A stretch of 20,000 nt of DNA, from contig JALDZX010000008.1 in assembly GCA_022813865.1 (NCBI GenBank), forward strand, positions 551,944 to 571,943. The letters run 5' to 3'. The stretch comes from Xylographa opegraphella (lineage: Eukaryota). Shown here one piece after another: positions 1 to 10,900 of the stretch. The notes beneath the pieces are model-generated. The model made no database searches, was not told where the DNA came from, and saw only the letters and a list, made by a program, of their open reading frames with translations. Each line of letters starts with the position of its first letter. Position 1 is the first letter of the stretch. The translations under genes were made by a program, and so were the position numbers.

Positions 1-696
1 GGCGGTGGGGGTTTTGCGTCGCTTGGACTTTTGCTTGCGGGAGTGCGGGGATGGTTGGGTGAAGGCTTCGATGCCGCGTGGGATGAGGTGGGGTTCGCCG
101 TCGCTGGAGGGTTCTTCGAGGAGGAAGACTTGGTTCAGGAGTTCTTCGACTGTTTTGGCGAAGTTGTATCGGGATTTCTTGAGCGTGTAGGCGACGTCGA
201 AGGGTTTGAGGCCAGGGAACATTTCGGTCAACAGAGCCTCCTTGTCCGATATCGCGAGCTCCTCGAGCTCGGCACCACGCCGGTGGCCATCGACTCCAAG
301 ATAGTCGCCGTCATCGAGACCGAAAGAGTCAACCGAGTGAGAAAGACTGGTCAAGTCCGTCTCCTCCGTCCTCGACAACGCATCGCCATTCCACGACTGC
401 GGTCGATCTGCAGACCCATGTGGACTATTGTCGGGCGGATAGCCGCTGCTGCCGGAGGGGTCAAACGCTGTAGCTTCCTCAGTGTCTGCACTTGCCTTGA
501 GTGCGTCTAGGGTCGAGCATACTTCGCTCACGGAAGCGTCTTGGGTGAGGTCGTAGTCGGAAACGATGGCGAAGAAGAGGGCGGAGTCGATAGGTGGGCA
601 ATATAGTTTCTAGAAGGGCGTCTGGGTCAATACGACTTGTGCGAGCATTGTGCCATCATGCATCCTTACCTCGAGACGGGCTATTTCATCATCCAT
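1..696 (-). CDS. 5' part of a CUE-domain/Smr-domain protein (Cue2-like); runs off the window start. Exons 696-670 and 609-<1
   Basis: ATG at 696 encodes MDDEIARLE, followed by a 60-bp intron (669-610, GTAAGG...CTAG) and an open frame to base 1: KLYCPPIDSALFFAIVSDYDL...STLDALKASA...TAFDPSGSSG...DKEALLTEMFPGLKPFDVAYTLKKSRYNFAKTVEELLNQVFL. L.EMFP...V..LLN is a CUE-type motif and the CPPID.ALF.AI.SDYDL N-terminus resembles Pezizomycotina Smr-domain proteins (recalled). The Smr domain itself is not in the window. Confidence 0.75.
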
Positions 697-1255
697 CTCC
701 AACGCTGTATGATTACAGGAAGCACGCTCGGCTTTAGATACAGTTTCAGTAACGGGGCCAAAGTTGAGCGGCGTACTCCGTAGTGTTTTTTGGTACTACG
801 CTGAGATACCTATCTCATGTTCCTTAGACTACGAATGCAACTCATAACAACGCACAAAACCTGCGATAAAGCACCCTCATAACGATATTATTGAAGAGCT
901 CGAGAGTAACAAGGATGATGGAGTCGGCCGATACCACGTCTTTCCGGGCTGCTGATTATCTATTTCGCATCGAAGATCTCTAAGGACTTTTGGTGTTCGT
1001 CGTACATCGATGTGTGGTTTGTCCCAAAAGGGCTAGCGTAGCTTAGCGAGGCCTTATAACGGCAGGGTCGTCCTTCTGCACCCTAGCACTACCTAGCGTA
1101 CCTGGTCGTGAGCTCCCTCATTCTCATCATAAGGTACACGACCAGCAGAACACAGGATGCTTTCGCAGCAGCGCTATTGATTGATCTACGTTGGTGTAGA
1201 AGAAATTCTCCGTACGATTTGACGAAACCTCATCACTACGACCAACTCTTTCGCT

Positions 1256-2132
1256 ATGGCGTCTTCCAGAACTAGGGAGATTGGCTATTCTGACGGCGTT
1301 TACTCCGTTTTTGAAGCCCACCACCACCCTATCATTCTAGTAGAGGACGGCGCTATGCGGTGGATGGGTCTTCGTGTTTGCCCAGAAGAGGTAAGAAGCA
1401 GTTCAAAAATTCGGTCGATCCACCACCAACCGCCTCGTAGAACCTTGATCTTTTAGTCAGAAACTCCCAGGCCGACAGTATATTGACTGGACTTCTGGCA
1501 GAAGGCTACTTCGAGCGCGTCGACCAAGACATCGGCTACCGCTTCAATGATCTATACACCAAGCAAGTTCCTCGCCTACGCGACATGCGCTGTGATCCGG
1601 GCTTCTTTTCCTGCGTCAGTTTATGGACCGAGGCAATCTACATGCTTGACGTCGAGGCCGCCGAGCTCGTCGCCGTCGAGGACATTCACGCATGGAACTC
1701 AAGTCTCGCTGAAGAGCGCTTCGGCACCGTCCCAGAAACCGCTTCCCTCACTTTTACTGAAATGACCAAGCGAGGCACCAGAATTCTGCCCTGGACAATG
1801 AGTAGTGCTAAGTCTGTCCCTATCTTCGTACCCTCGATTCCAAGGATCTGCGACGCCGTCTTAGATCAGCTTAGATACCGCACTACGCTTGCAGAGAAAT
1901 TTCCACGCCATAAGGGTAACCGCCCAGCGTACCATCTAAGCAACTTCGTCCGGTACCTGTATCTGGAAGGCAGTCACAGCGGGATCTGCTAGTGCCTTTA
2001 TTGGCGGAGCGTAACCGAGCGGAAATGGAGCAAAGAATTAACGCTTTCAAGCGGAAGCCAACCCTTGCTATGATTAAGGAGATGATAAGGAAACAATCAG
2101 ATCAGAGTAGAGTAGAGATCGTTTCATCATGA
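1256..2132 (+). pseudogene. Uncharacterised fungal protein with a nucleotidyltransferase-like N-terminus; frameshifted at about 1969-1970. Exons 1256-1390 and 1441-2132; about 275 aa if repaired
   Basis: A 50-bp intron (1391-1440, GTAAGA...GTAG) joins ORFs 1256 and 1483 in frame, giving PIILVEDGAMRWMGLRVCPEE/NLDLLVRNSQADSILTGLLAEGYFE. After YLYLE the sequence reads CTG GAA GG CAG; adding 1 base continues as QSQRDLLVPLLAERNRAEMEQRINAFKRKP...VEIVSS* (TGA 2130-2132), whereas the current frame stops at 1992. Confidence 0.65.
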
Positions 2133-2373
2133 ATTCAAAGCACTTCATACAGGGTGATATCATCTAAAGATTCGAATCACAAACGGTACGCGAATCGGAC
2201 TTTCTGACTGATCGGAAGAGAGCTCAGGGACTACACGAACACAGTTGATGGCGCCTTTCTATCTAGGCATGTTTGCCAAATTAATCGCACCTTCCAGCTG
2301 TACTGGCGATACACAGGAATCACGCTAGCGTAGGCTGAATTGAAAAGCCTTATGCTCACGAGATTTCCTCAAA

Positions 2374-2545
2374 ACCTCCCGGAATCCTTGGCCCAAAAAC
2401 TGCTTTAATCCAGACTTGAAAGGCTCAGCTTTGTCGGATCTTTATCATTCCCGCAGCTCTCGACACCTCCAAGATCTTTTGCTCCAGCAACACTTTCATC
2501 CAGATTTGAAAAGCTCAGCATCGTCGATATATTATCTTTCCATCA
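2374..2545. repeat. Degenerate two-copy tandem repeat with a period of about 90 bp
   Basis: ctttaatccagacttgaaaggctcagctttgtcggatctttatcattcc (2403-2451) aligns to ctttcatccagatttgaaaagctcagcatcgtcgatatattatctttcc (2493-2540). The upstream flanks (acctcc...) also align loosely. Confidence 0.7.
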
Positions 2546-2590
2546 CTGCTGCTACTGATATCGTCACGGGAGCCGCCGCCATCTCTTACG

Positions 2591-3232
2591 ATGTCAACCA
2601 TTGGCCCGGGGCAGAAGGCCGCTCTATTGGAGGCGTATGTTGCAGTAGTCTCGCTGCTGTCGCTCTCACTGCGCGCCGAATTCCCCATTATCGGTGGTGC
2701 ATCACTCGTGATGCTCGGCAGCCAACGCAGGACCGAAGACGTTGCTTTTCAGGTCTCCACCGCTGCGCTAATGGCATTCGAGGAGACTGTATGCAACGAC
2801 CGTCGATTCTCCAAAGATAAAAATGCCACCTGGACCAACTCATGTCAAGGGGAAGGCATCGAGGGAGTCAACGTATCCCTCGAAATTTCCTGATGGGTGG
2901 TGGCTTCGCGCCAGAGATTAAAGTCGTCAAGAAGATGGGCGAAGGTTTCCGTGCCGGCATGGGCGAGCTCGTGAGGATGAAGGCGAATGCATACACGGGA
3001 CCTGGGGAGCCGAAGGATGTGGCGGATGTTGGATTTCTTCTAGACAAGATGGAGGAGACAGGGGAGGGGGTTGAGGGAGTAGAACGGAAGGAGGAGGATT
3101 TGGAGGATATGAAAGAGGCGGCGGCGGAATCTGGAAAGAGGCGGCGGCGGAATCTGGAAAGAGGCGGCGGCGGAATCTGGAAAGAGGCATTCGAACCTTT
3201 TGAAGGAGATGCTGAGGAAAGCTGGTCATTAG
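2591..3232 (+). pseudogene. AbiEii/MenT-like (DNA pol beta superfamily) nucleotidyltransferase-fold gene, disrupted by a frameshift at about 2885 and a 23-bp triplication
   Basis: N-terminal motif PIIGGASLVMLGSQRRTEDVAF matches hhGG.A/S...G..R.T.D.D with the second Asp as Ala. After a frame change (CTC GAA AT TTC CTG) the frame gives ELVRMKANAYTGPGEPKDVADVGFLL, matching the K..A...R...KD..D motif with R as P. Collapsing the 23-bp repeat restores the ending MKEAAAESGKRHSNLLKEMLRKAGH* (TAG 3230-3232). Confidence 0.7.
3111..3188 (+). repeat. Perfect 23-bp tandem repeat, 3 copies plus 9 bp (gaaagaggcggcggcggaatctg)
   Basis: Identical copies at 3111-3133, 3134-3156 and 3157-3179, followed by partial gaaagaggc at 3180-3188. 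Confidence 0.97.
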
Positions 3233-3590
3233 TAGCGAAGCTGGTCTCAATGCGCTCGAATTGAGTGTTACTGCTGTAATGCAGCATTAATAAAACGATG
3301 AATCACACTTTCACGCCGTATTCGACGTCGGTGGTTATACTCGCGGTGGAGGAGGATTCATTGGCCGAGGATGCGGGCAGCATGGCGGACAACTATACTT
3401 GACCTCTCAGTCTTGTCTGGCTACAACCCATTCGTGACTTGCCCACTTACCAGTTCGTGGTTATTTGTTCTTGCGAAATACAATGAGGTAGGTAACCAAG
3501 CAAGGCGAAATGACCGTCGGCGTCGACAATCAAGTATCCATGGCCACTTCCCATGGTATATATAGTGTCAGCCTCTCAACTGGACAAAGC

Positions 3591-5275
3591 TCAACCTGTA
3601 TTCATTACTTCTTCTTCCTCCTGTATGTGCTCACTTTCAGCCTCGGCACTCTGTTCCATCTCTTCCTCTCTTGTCATGTAATTTTCGAAGGTTATGAAGA
3701 TTCCAAGATCGTATATGACTTTTAGACCTCCCGCGACTAAGAACGCAATCCAGAAAATGTGAGCTTCAGCTACAAATCCTGTGATAACCGGGCCTATACT
3801 TTGACTAGAAGTCTTGACAATGTTGACGATACCCATTGTCAATGTCCTTTCGTTTGGGAGGACAACAGCTGCTAGAAATGCTGAACGAGGTACGTTATCC
3901 ATGGAGTTGGTGCAGGAGCGAATAATGAGAAAGACCATAGCAAGCATGGGGGAATCCGGGATTGGAATTAAGCCAAGCATGATTGCGGCTGGAAGGTTGG
4001 TAAAGACCATTGCCTGGAGCTACCGTTAGATGATTATCTTATCGGAACACTGCGCAGGAACTGCCAGTCTTCACATACCTTGATAAGGCCGATACGCTTC
4101 GACAGAGCAGAGGCAGCCAGATTCGAGAAGGCGGAGATGACGCTGGTTACGAAGAACAAGCTGCCTAGTGTCCCTGGTTCGAGCTCGAACTTGCTGGTGA
4201 AGAAATACGATATCCAGGACCTGCCGAATAACTCAGATGAGAAGTACAAAAACCTTTCTTGCAGGCAGAGTTGAGTTAGAGAAACTCACTGGGGCACCAG
4301 ACCAGACGAAAAAGAGTCAATTGAGAATAGTAAACATAGTTTTAGTAGAACAATCTTAGAGTGCTTGCTCATCGCCGGGACAGCCCACTGTGTTGCTTCT
4401 GCTGCACCGCTATGCCTATTCTCTGGTAAAAGGCGAGATACCTCCGTGGGCTGCTCGGGACTGTGTACTCTACCTTCATCCGTCTTAAGTTCACAATTGC
4501 CGCTTAGAGCAAATGTCAGAAGCAGCTTGAGTAGTCCCAATCCGGCATATACGAAGAAGATAACTCGGTAAGATTGAATGGTGTCCCACATAGCTTTCCT
4601 CTTAAGAATTTGTAACAACCACCCACAGAAGATATTGCCCAGTGCCTGACCTGCAGTTGCATGTTACTCGAATACCCCAGCCATAGGAGAGGAATTTTAC
4701 CCAAAGTTCCTATAAGATTGTACCAGGCGTAAATATCGCCACGACTTGTAGAAGGTGCAAGCTGGGCTAATATGGATTCTTCTATGGCTCTGAAAGGGCC
4801 AATTTCATTTCCACTGCATGTTCGCGTCAAGTTGGAATTGTCATGAAGTCACTGACTTCACAGCGGAGCAAAGGGAGCTCCATTACCTCGGACTTATGAC
4901 CCCAAATACAGCAGCACCCAATAGTACCCAATAGTTGCTGGCTCCACCAAAGACGATCCCGCTGCCAGTCATTAGAATTGCACCGACCGTCAGAATGTTC
5001 CTTCTGCCCCAGGTATCGGCCATAAGTGTCAACAAGAACGCGACAAAGACATTCCCAAGTAGCGTGAGGCTCATGAACAACCCAATCTTTGTGTCCGAAA
5101 AGCCTAATCTGGCTAGATGAAGTGCGAGAATGAGAGAGCAAGCGCCATTGGCAACGAGTCTGATAAACCTTTGAAAACACAAGAACTTGACATCACGAGG
5201 GGATCGGTACAAGGTGTGAAGACCGAGTTCTTTAGCACCTCTGGCAACTATTCTAGGCACATCGAACGAATCCAT
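3591..5275 (-). CDS. MFS transporter, YJR124C-like family, 475 aa. Exons 5275-4887, 4813-4701, 4650-4290, 4220-4079, 4013-3591
   Basis: Four GT-AG introns join five segments into 1428 nt in frame. It has MFS motif A (LMADTWGRRNIL), family motifs SPSGNEIGPFRAIEES, PRSAFLA and LKVIYDLG, and many hydrophobic helices. Confidence 0.9.
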
Positions 5276-5906
5276 GCTATCACAACTCTTTGCTACATCA
5301 TACAGGTCTGTTGATGTCCAGGCACTCTGTCAACTGCGAATTCCATCGCAAGGCTTGCGAGTTTCGACGAGCAAAAGGCGTAACGCGTCAGCTCCATGAG
5401 GAAGCTTTCCGCAGGTACACTTGGGATAGGCCACGGATGTTGCGAAATAACTAGGCACCAGGCAACCATGATCTTGATCCTGTCGAGACTTGTCTCAAAA
5501 TTATCCCGGGAGATGGACCAACATCCACCCATATCAGACACGGGAGGCCTTTTGCGCCGCGCATATAGGCCATGGATCATGCACGTTGACCAATTATTGG
5601 CCGAGGACGCGGGCGACAGCTCAGCAGCTTGGCTGGCACCTCTCACGGGCGCCGATAATACGAGGATGAATGGCTTGAAAGGAGGTACGTTGCCGAGGGC
5701 GCAGTCCCACCAATCAGAAGGAGGGGAAGTGAACAATGCACCTTCGCAGGTCGAAGGGCGATGATTATATATTTGACATAGTACTAAAGGCTCACACCAC
5801 ATCATAGGACTCGTGTGTGAGCTTCAAATTGAATGTATTTATAGTCCAGAGGTCGACTCCGCCAGCTCGACGATAGATGACGTAGGATTATAAGCCATTC
5901 GACTCA

Positions 5907-7626
5907 ATGGCGTCTCTCATCGACAAAGAACAGTTCACACTCATCTCTACCACTCCGCCTGGCGCGCCCAAATTCGACGACTCACCGTTGGGTGACTTCG
6001 AAGCTCACTCGAATCGCACTCGAATCGCCACTCCTGTTGCGTTGAGCACTTCCCTACGTGCCCGCCATCCAGATCTTACCTTAACAATCACCCTGATAGC
6101 ACAATGCAACCTTCTCGGCTTCGCCTCTGCCGGCCTTGCCTCCGCAGCGTTGGACGCTCGGGAAAGCATCACCCTGCCTTTCTATGTGCCGCCTGCACGA
6201 AAGCTCAATGGTGAGCAGGGCTTTTTGGCGGGCGAGATTCTTTTCGCGAAATACGCTTACCGCTGGGAGGAACACGACTTCGTGATCTATATCGCCGAGA
6301 GCTTCAAAGAGGGTAGCTATGGGCTGCCACTTTACGCGTACATACTGTGTGAGCCGACGGGACAGGAAACGGCCGCGTCGGTATCTGCATCTGCGGAAGC
6401 GCTGATCATGGCAGCGTCGAAGTGGAGCTTGGAGCTGCACGGAGAGGTGTGGGTGTTCGACCAGATGGTCTGGCGGAAGAATAAGGCGCTTTGGGACGAG
6501 ATCCAGAAAGCGAGCTGGGAGGACGTCATCCTCGATGAAGACATGAAGCAGGCGCTTCAAGACGATGTGGAGGGATTTTTTGATGAAAGGGACAACTACG
6601 AGAAATTCCAGATCCCGTGGAAAGTAAGCTGTTGCCTTTCTACTGTACATTGCTCGTCTTGCCTCCACGGAATCCTGACCAAGCCTGTACTACATGACCT
6701 TCATGACCTGTCCAAGCACCTTCAATCTGGATAATATTCAGCTACTCAGCGCTAATATCTCTCTTTTCTCTCAGCGCGGAATCATCTTCTACGGCCCTCC
6801 CGGAAATGTAAGTTGATTTCCGTCCCTTCATCTGCGGTACTTCCGGAGCGAGTCTCATAGGCATATTCTAGGGTAAAACCATCTCCATCAAAGCCATGGT
6901 CAAAAGCCTTGCCAACCGGCCCGCGCTCGTCGCTACCCTCTACGTCAAGTCCCTCGGCTCCTTCAACCCGGAGTACTCGATCCGGACCGTCTTCCAGAAA
7001 GCCCGAGCCACCGCCCCCTGCCTCCTCATCTTCGAAGACGTCGACAGCATCATCACCCCCCGCACCCGGAGCTATTTCCTCAACGAGGTCGACGGCCTGG
7101 AGAACAACGGCGGGATCCTCATGATCGGCAGCACCAACCACCGTCCGTATTCCCCACTCCAGCGCGAAGCTCCACCGACCGGCGCAAAACCCCCCGAGAC
7201 TTCAGCTGACATTATACAGTGGAACTCCTCGACCCCGGCATCTCCCGCCGCCCCTCGCGCTTCGACCGCAAGTACCTGTTCCCGCTGCCCTCCCTCGCCG
7301 AACGCACCCAGTACTGCGAGTACTGGCGCGGCAAGCTGGCCTCGAACCCGGAGATCGAGTTCCCCCGCCCGCTCTGCGGGGCGATTGCGAAGATCACCGA
7401 CGCATTCAGCTTCGCGTACATGAAGGAGGCCTTTGTGGCCTCCTTGCTGGCGCTGGTGGTCCAAAAGCGCAAGCGAGTGGGAGCGTTGCGGGAAAGGGCC
7501 AGTGGAGGAGGGGAGTTGGATGATCTGCCGCTGTGGAAGGAGATTCAGAAGCAGGTCAAGAACCTGCGACGGGAACTAGATCTGGGGAACGGCGAGGATG
7601 AGGGTCTGGTGAAGTTGGTAGGTTAG
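5907..7626 (+). CDS. Single-domain AAA+ ATPase (fungal family often annotated YjoB-like), 475 aa. Exons 5907-6623, 6775-6807, 6872-7142, 7220-7626
   Basis: The spliced product contains WEDVIL, PWK/RGIIFYGPPGN/GKT (Walker A), LLIFEDVDS (Walker B), FLNEVDGL, and STNHLELLDPGISRRPSRFDRKY (sensor 1 and second region of homology). Total 1428 nt in frame. Confidence 0.92.
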
Positions 7627-7952
7627 CCCCTGTAATACGGAATGGCGCCTTAGGATATGAAATCGATGCAAATGTTCAGTCGAGTCTCGCGAAAAATGAC
7701 ATACAATGGATTTTTGATATTAATGGTGAGCATGGAAAGAATGATAGTGTAAATGTTAGTACTTTGAGAATAGTCGCTAAAAGGGTATCGTGTATATTCT
7801 ATGAGTCTATCGTATTCTGTTGCGTCCTGGAACCGCAGATTTCTAGTGAGATTCCATTCCCCCATGACAGTCCGTGCCTTCTCAAATTAGCATATTTGCT
7901 TGCAGCGCCCTTCCCACAATGCGACTATATGTGAAATATATCCATCCAATAT

Positions 7953-10900
7953 TTATGTTGATATTGTGTGAGAAGGAAACCGATCCTCCACAATCGCCTT
8001 CAACTTCTTCATCGGCACCGGCTTCGTCCAGAACTCATCGACTCCACTGGAGAATGCCTCTTCCTGGGCCTTCAGGGATGCTAGACCGGTGAGTGCGATG
8101 ATGATGGTGGGCTCGATAGACTGCTTCCGTTCAAATTCGCGGATTTCTCGAGTAGAGGACATGCCATCAATGACAGGCATGGAGATATCTGAAGAGAAAA
8201 GGTGAGCTGAAAGAATCTAGGGATAGAGGACGAGGTGCATCGACGTACCCATGAACACTAAATCAAAGTGACCCTTATCTTTCTTGTATGCTTCGAGCGC
8301 CTGGAGACCATCTGAAGCCGTAACACAATCACAATTAATTTTTGTCATGTACGTGACGAGAAGCTGCCGTTCGAAATTAGTCAAACAGCGAGGGGACTAT
8401 TGTCCATAAGGAAGACTCACCTTGAGGTTAATAGCACTATCCTCAACCAATAGTACTCGTGGCCGCTGCTCGGTATGCGAAGGACTGCTAGGCCTTGAGC
8501 GTAACTTAGCTTCGTGACTAGCTTGCGCTTGCGATAATATCTCGGGGTCGGTAACTTCTCCATTTAGGGAAGCCGAGAACTTGCTATCATTGGAAATGAC
8601 ACCATCGGCCTTGTCGACATTGCTATTAAAGTCCCGGGAACCTGGAATATCTGGGGAAGTATTCATTGGTTCAGTAGCAGCTGGCTGGTTGTGGAGCTGG
8701 GTTTTTGGAGTGCAAGCGTCCTGTTTGTGATGCGAGATATACTCAAGGCATAATGTCAAAGCTTTCGCTAGCTTCTGAGGGCCAAATCTGTTATGAAATA
8801 TCAGGTATCAAAGATCAACTTTCTGCTGGAAGACTGCAGGCACAAAGTTCGGCGTAGGTAGACGAAAGAGGCACAATCGCCTCTAAGACTTCGCACAAAC
8901 AACATCGGCCAAAAGAATACATACTATTGCCCGGAAAAGACGATCATAGTAGGGAAAAAGAGGGACTTACGGCTGTGTAACGTAGACCACTCCCTGCCTA
9001 GTCTTTAGGACCTCACAATGTGCAGGTGTAATTTTCTTGCATAGTATGATTATTGGAGGATTTCCGCGAACGCCGACATCTTTCAACTCGCTGATTTCTC
9101 TCAAGTCAACCAGTCCGAGCTGCAAATCAGGATAGATAAATATATCAGCGCAAGCTAGTCGAAAAGTGGAGACTGTGATGGATTCCATTTTGAACCATTC
9201 AATTGCAATCTGCGCAACAGAAGACTTCAGCATGTTCAGGCCCCTTGCAAGATTTTCGAGATTCTTCGCGGGATATTCTGTCGTGCTTGAGCTATCTTTG
9301 AAGCCGACAAGTCCAAGTCGTAAATGCTGCAAACGGGTGCGCAGATCGGTCAAAAACAGCCGATTTTCATCTAACGAAGCATTTTTCATGGTCGATTCAA
9401 TGAGAGGTGCAGACACCTTGACGTACGTTCCAGACGTGGTGCTACTAGTGATTTCGATACTTCCATCCAGGGAATCCAGCAGCTGACGCACGATGCTCAA
9501 ACCTAATCCAGTACCTACACTCAAGACGTTTTCTTGCGCAAAGGGTTTGTAGAGATGATGTTTCAAGTACTCTTCAGATATTCCCTTACCCGAGTCTCTT
9601 ACTGATAAGGTGACGGTAGTCGGCAACTGCTCTGTATCCGTTTTCGTAGTGTCCTTGTTGAAATGAAGGTTAACATGGATGAATCCCGACTCCGTATATT
9701 TCAAGGCATTCCCGAGTAGGTTCATCAATATTCTTTTCCAAGCGCCTGCCTGAGTACTAAAGATCCAGTTCGACTGCCACTCGACATCACATAGCACCAT
9801 GACCTGCTTTGTTGGCTCATGTAGCATACCATCATTCGAACTACTGGCAGTATCGCTAGAGAACGGGGACTCCGTAAACTTTTGAAAATTGTGCCCTGCT
9901 AAGCTGGCCTCTACTACTTCTTCCACGAGTAGGCGAATGTCAAGATTGGTTGTCAGGCTCCGATATCCGTCTGATGGTCTCTAGCTTGCATTTGAGGTTC
10001 CCGCAGCATTATCTCGCCGCTTCACAACGGAAAAGCTATTAATCTTGGCAAAGGTAAGGAGGTTGTCCATGGTGTCCTAGAATCGGCGTCAATCGAGCCA
10101 AGAAAAGAAAAAGTCTTGGGGGATAGGAAGGATGCCTTACCAGTAAAGTCGAACCGCATACTTCGATTGTATGTACAAGGTGATTTTGGGTAGCGTCAAC
10201 ACACAGTTCTCTTAACAGCTCAGCACTCGCCAGAACACCATGAAGCGGTGATCGCAGCTCATGACTGATCGAAGATATAAAATCAGCTTTGGCACGATCG
10301 GCGGCCAATGTGTCTAGACGGGAGAGCTCTGCTAGAACTGAGTTGCCAAAACTTGCAAGATAGACAAGTTCCTCTAACTGCAGTATACGTGTAGGGCTCG
10401 TGGTCCACGCCAGACTGAAAGCAAACCAACGATCGCGGCTCGAATCCCAGAGTGGAAACAAAACCACAGATCGTGCGCCAGGCATCACACGCAAGAGGTC
10501 CTCAGCCTCGTCGTCCATGAACCAGTCACGTTCCGCTTCCTCAGAGATGTCCGTAAGACTTTTTTGAACAAGAGTAGGGCGCTCATTAGGCCAGTTTTTA
10601 TCCATGGTTCTGTCAATCCTCACTTCGCTATATGACAGACGACCATTCGTATCGAAGTTTAAAATGCGGCCATGAGGGTAATTCCGACATATGCGCCGTA
10701 AAGTGGCCTCTGGTAGCGTCAATTGGTTCCTCAGGGGTGCATTACCCTGCACAGTACTGTTGCTCCGCGTCGAATAAGCCAGCACTTTCCACATTTTTAC
10801 AGGCGGCTTTGCAATTCTTCTTCTATGTGAGAACCTGGATGCGAACTTATTGGATGGTAATTTTCTATTTTCATTCATTGAAGAAAAATCTGCTTCCCTC

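Noticed and set aside
31..510. 159-aa plus-strand ORF
   Set aside because: Antisense shadow of the CUE/Smr-like gene, which has splice signals and recognisable motifs.
1032..2333. Identical 10-mer GCTAGCGTAG at 1032 and 2324, upstream of both NTase-like genes
   Set aside because: A single shared 10-mer is within chance expectation and the flanks do not align.
3111..3188. CRISPR-like interpretation of the 23-bp repeats
   Set aside because: Copies are directly adjacent with no spacers, there are no cas genes, and the context is eukaryotic.
5293..5805. 170-aa and 122-aa ORFs between the MFS and AAA genes
   Set aside because: No motifs or codon bias; best read as the divergent promoter region.
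6006..6028. 11-bp tandem repeat cactcgaatcg x2 inside the AAA ORF, a possible frameshifting duplication
   Set aside because: The frame is open from the ATG through the repeat and reads as plausible protein on both sides (HSNRTRIAT).
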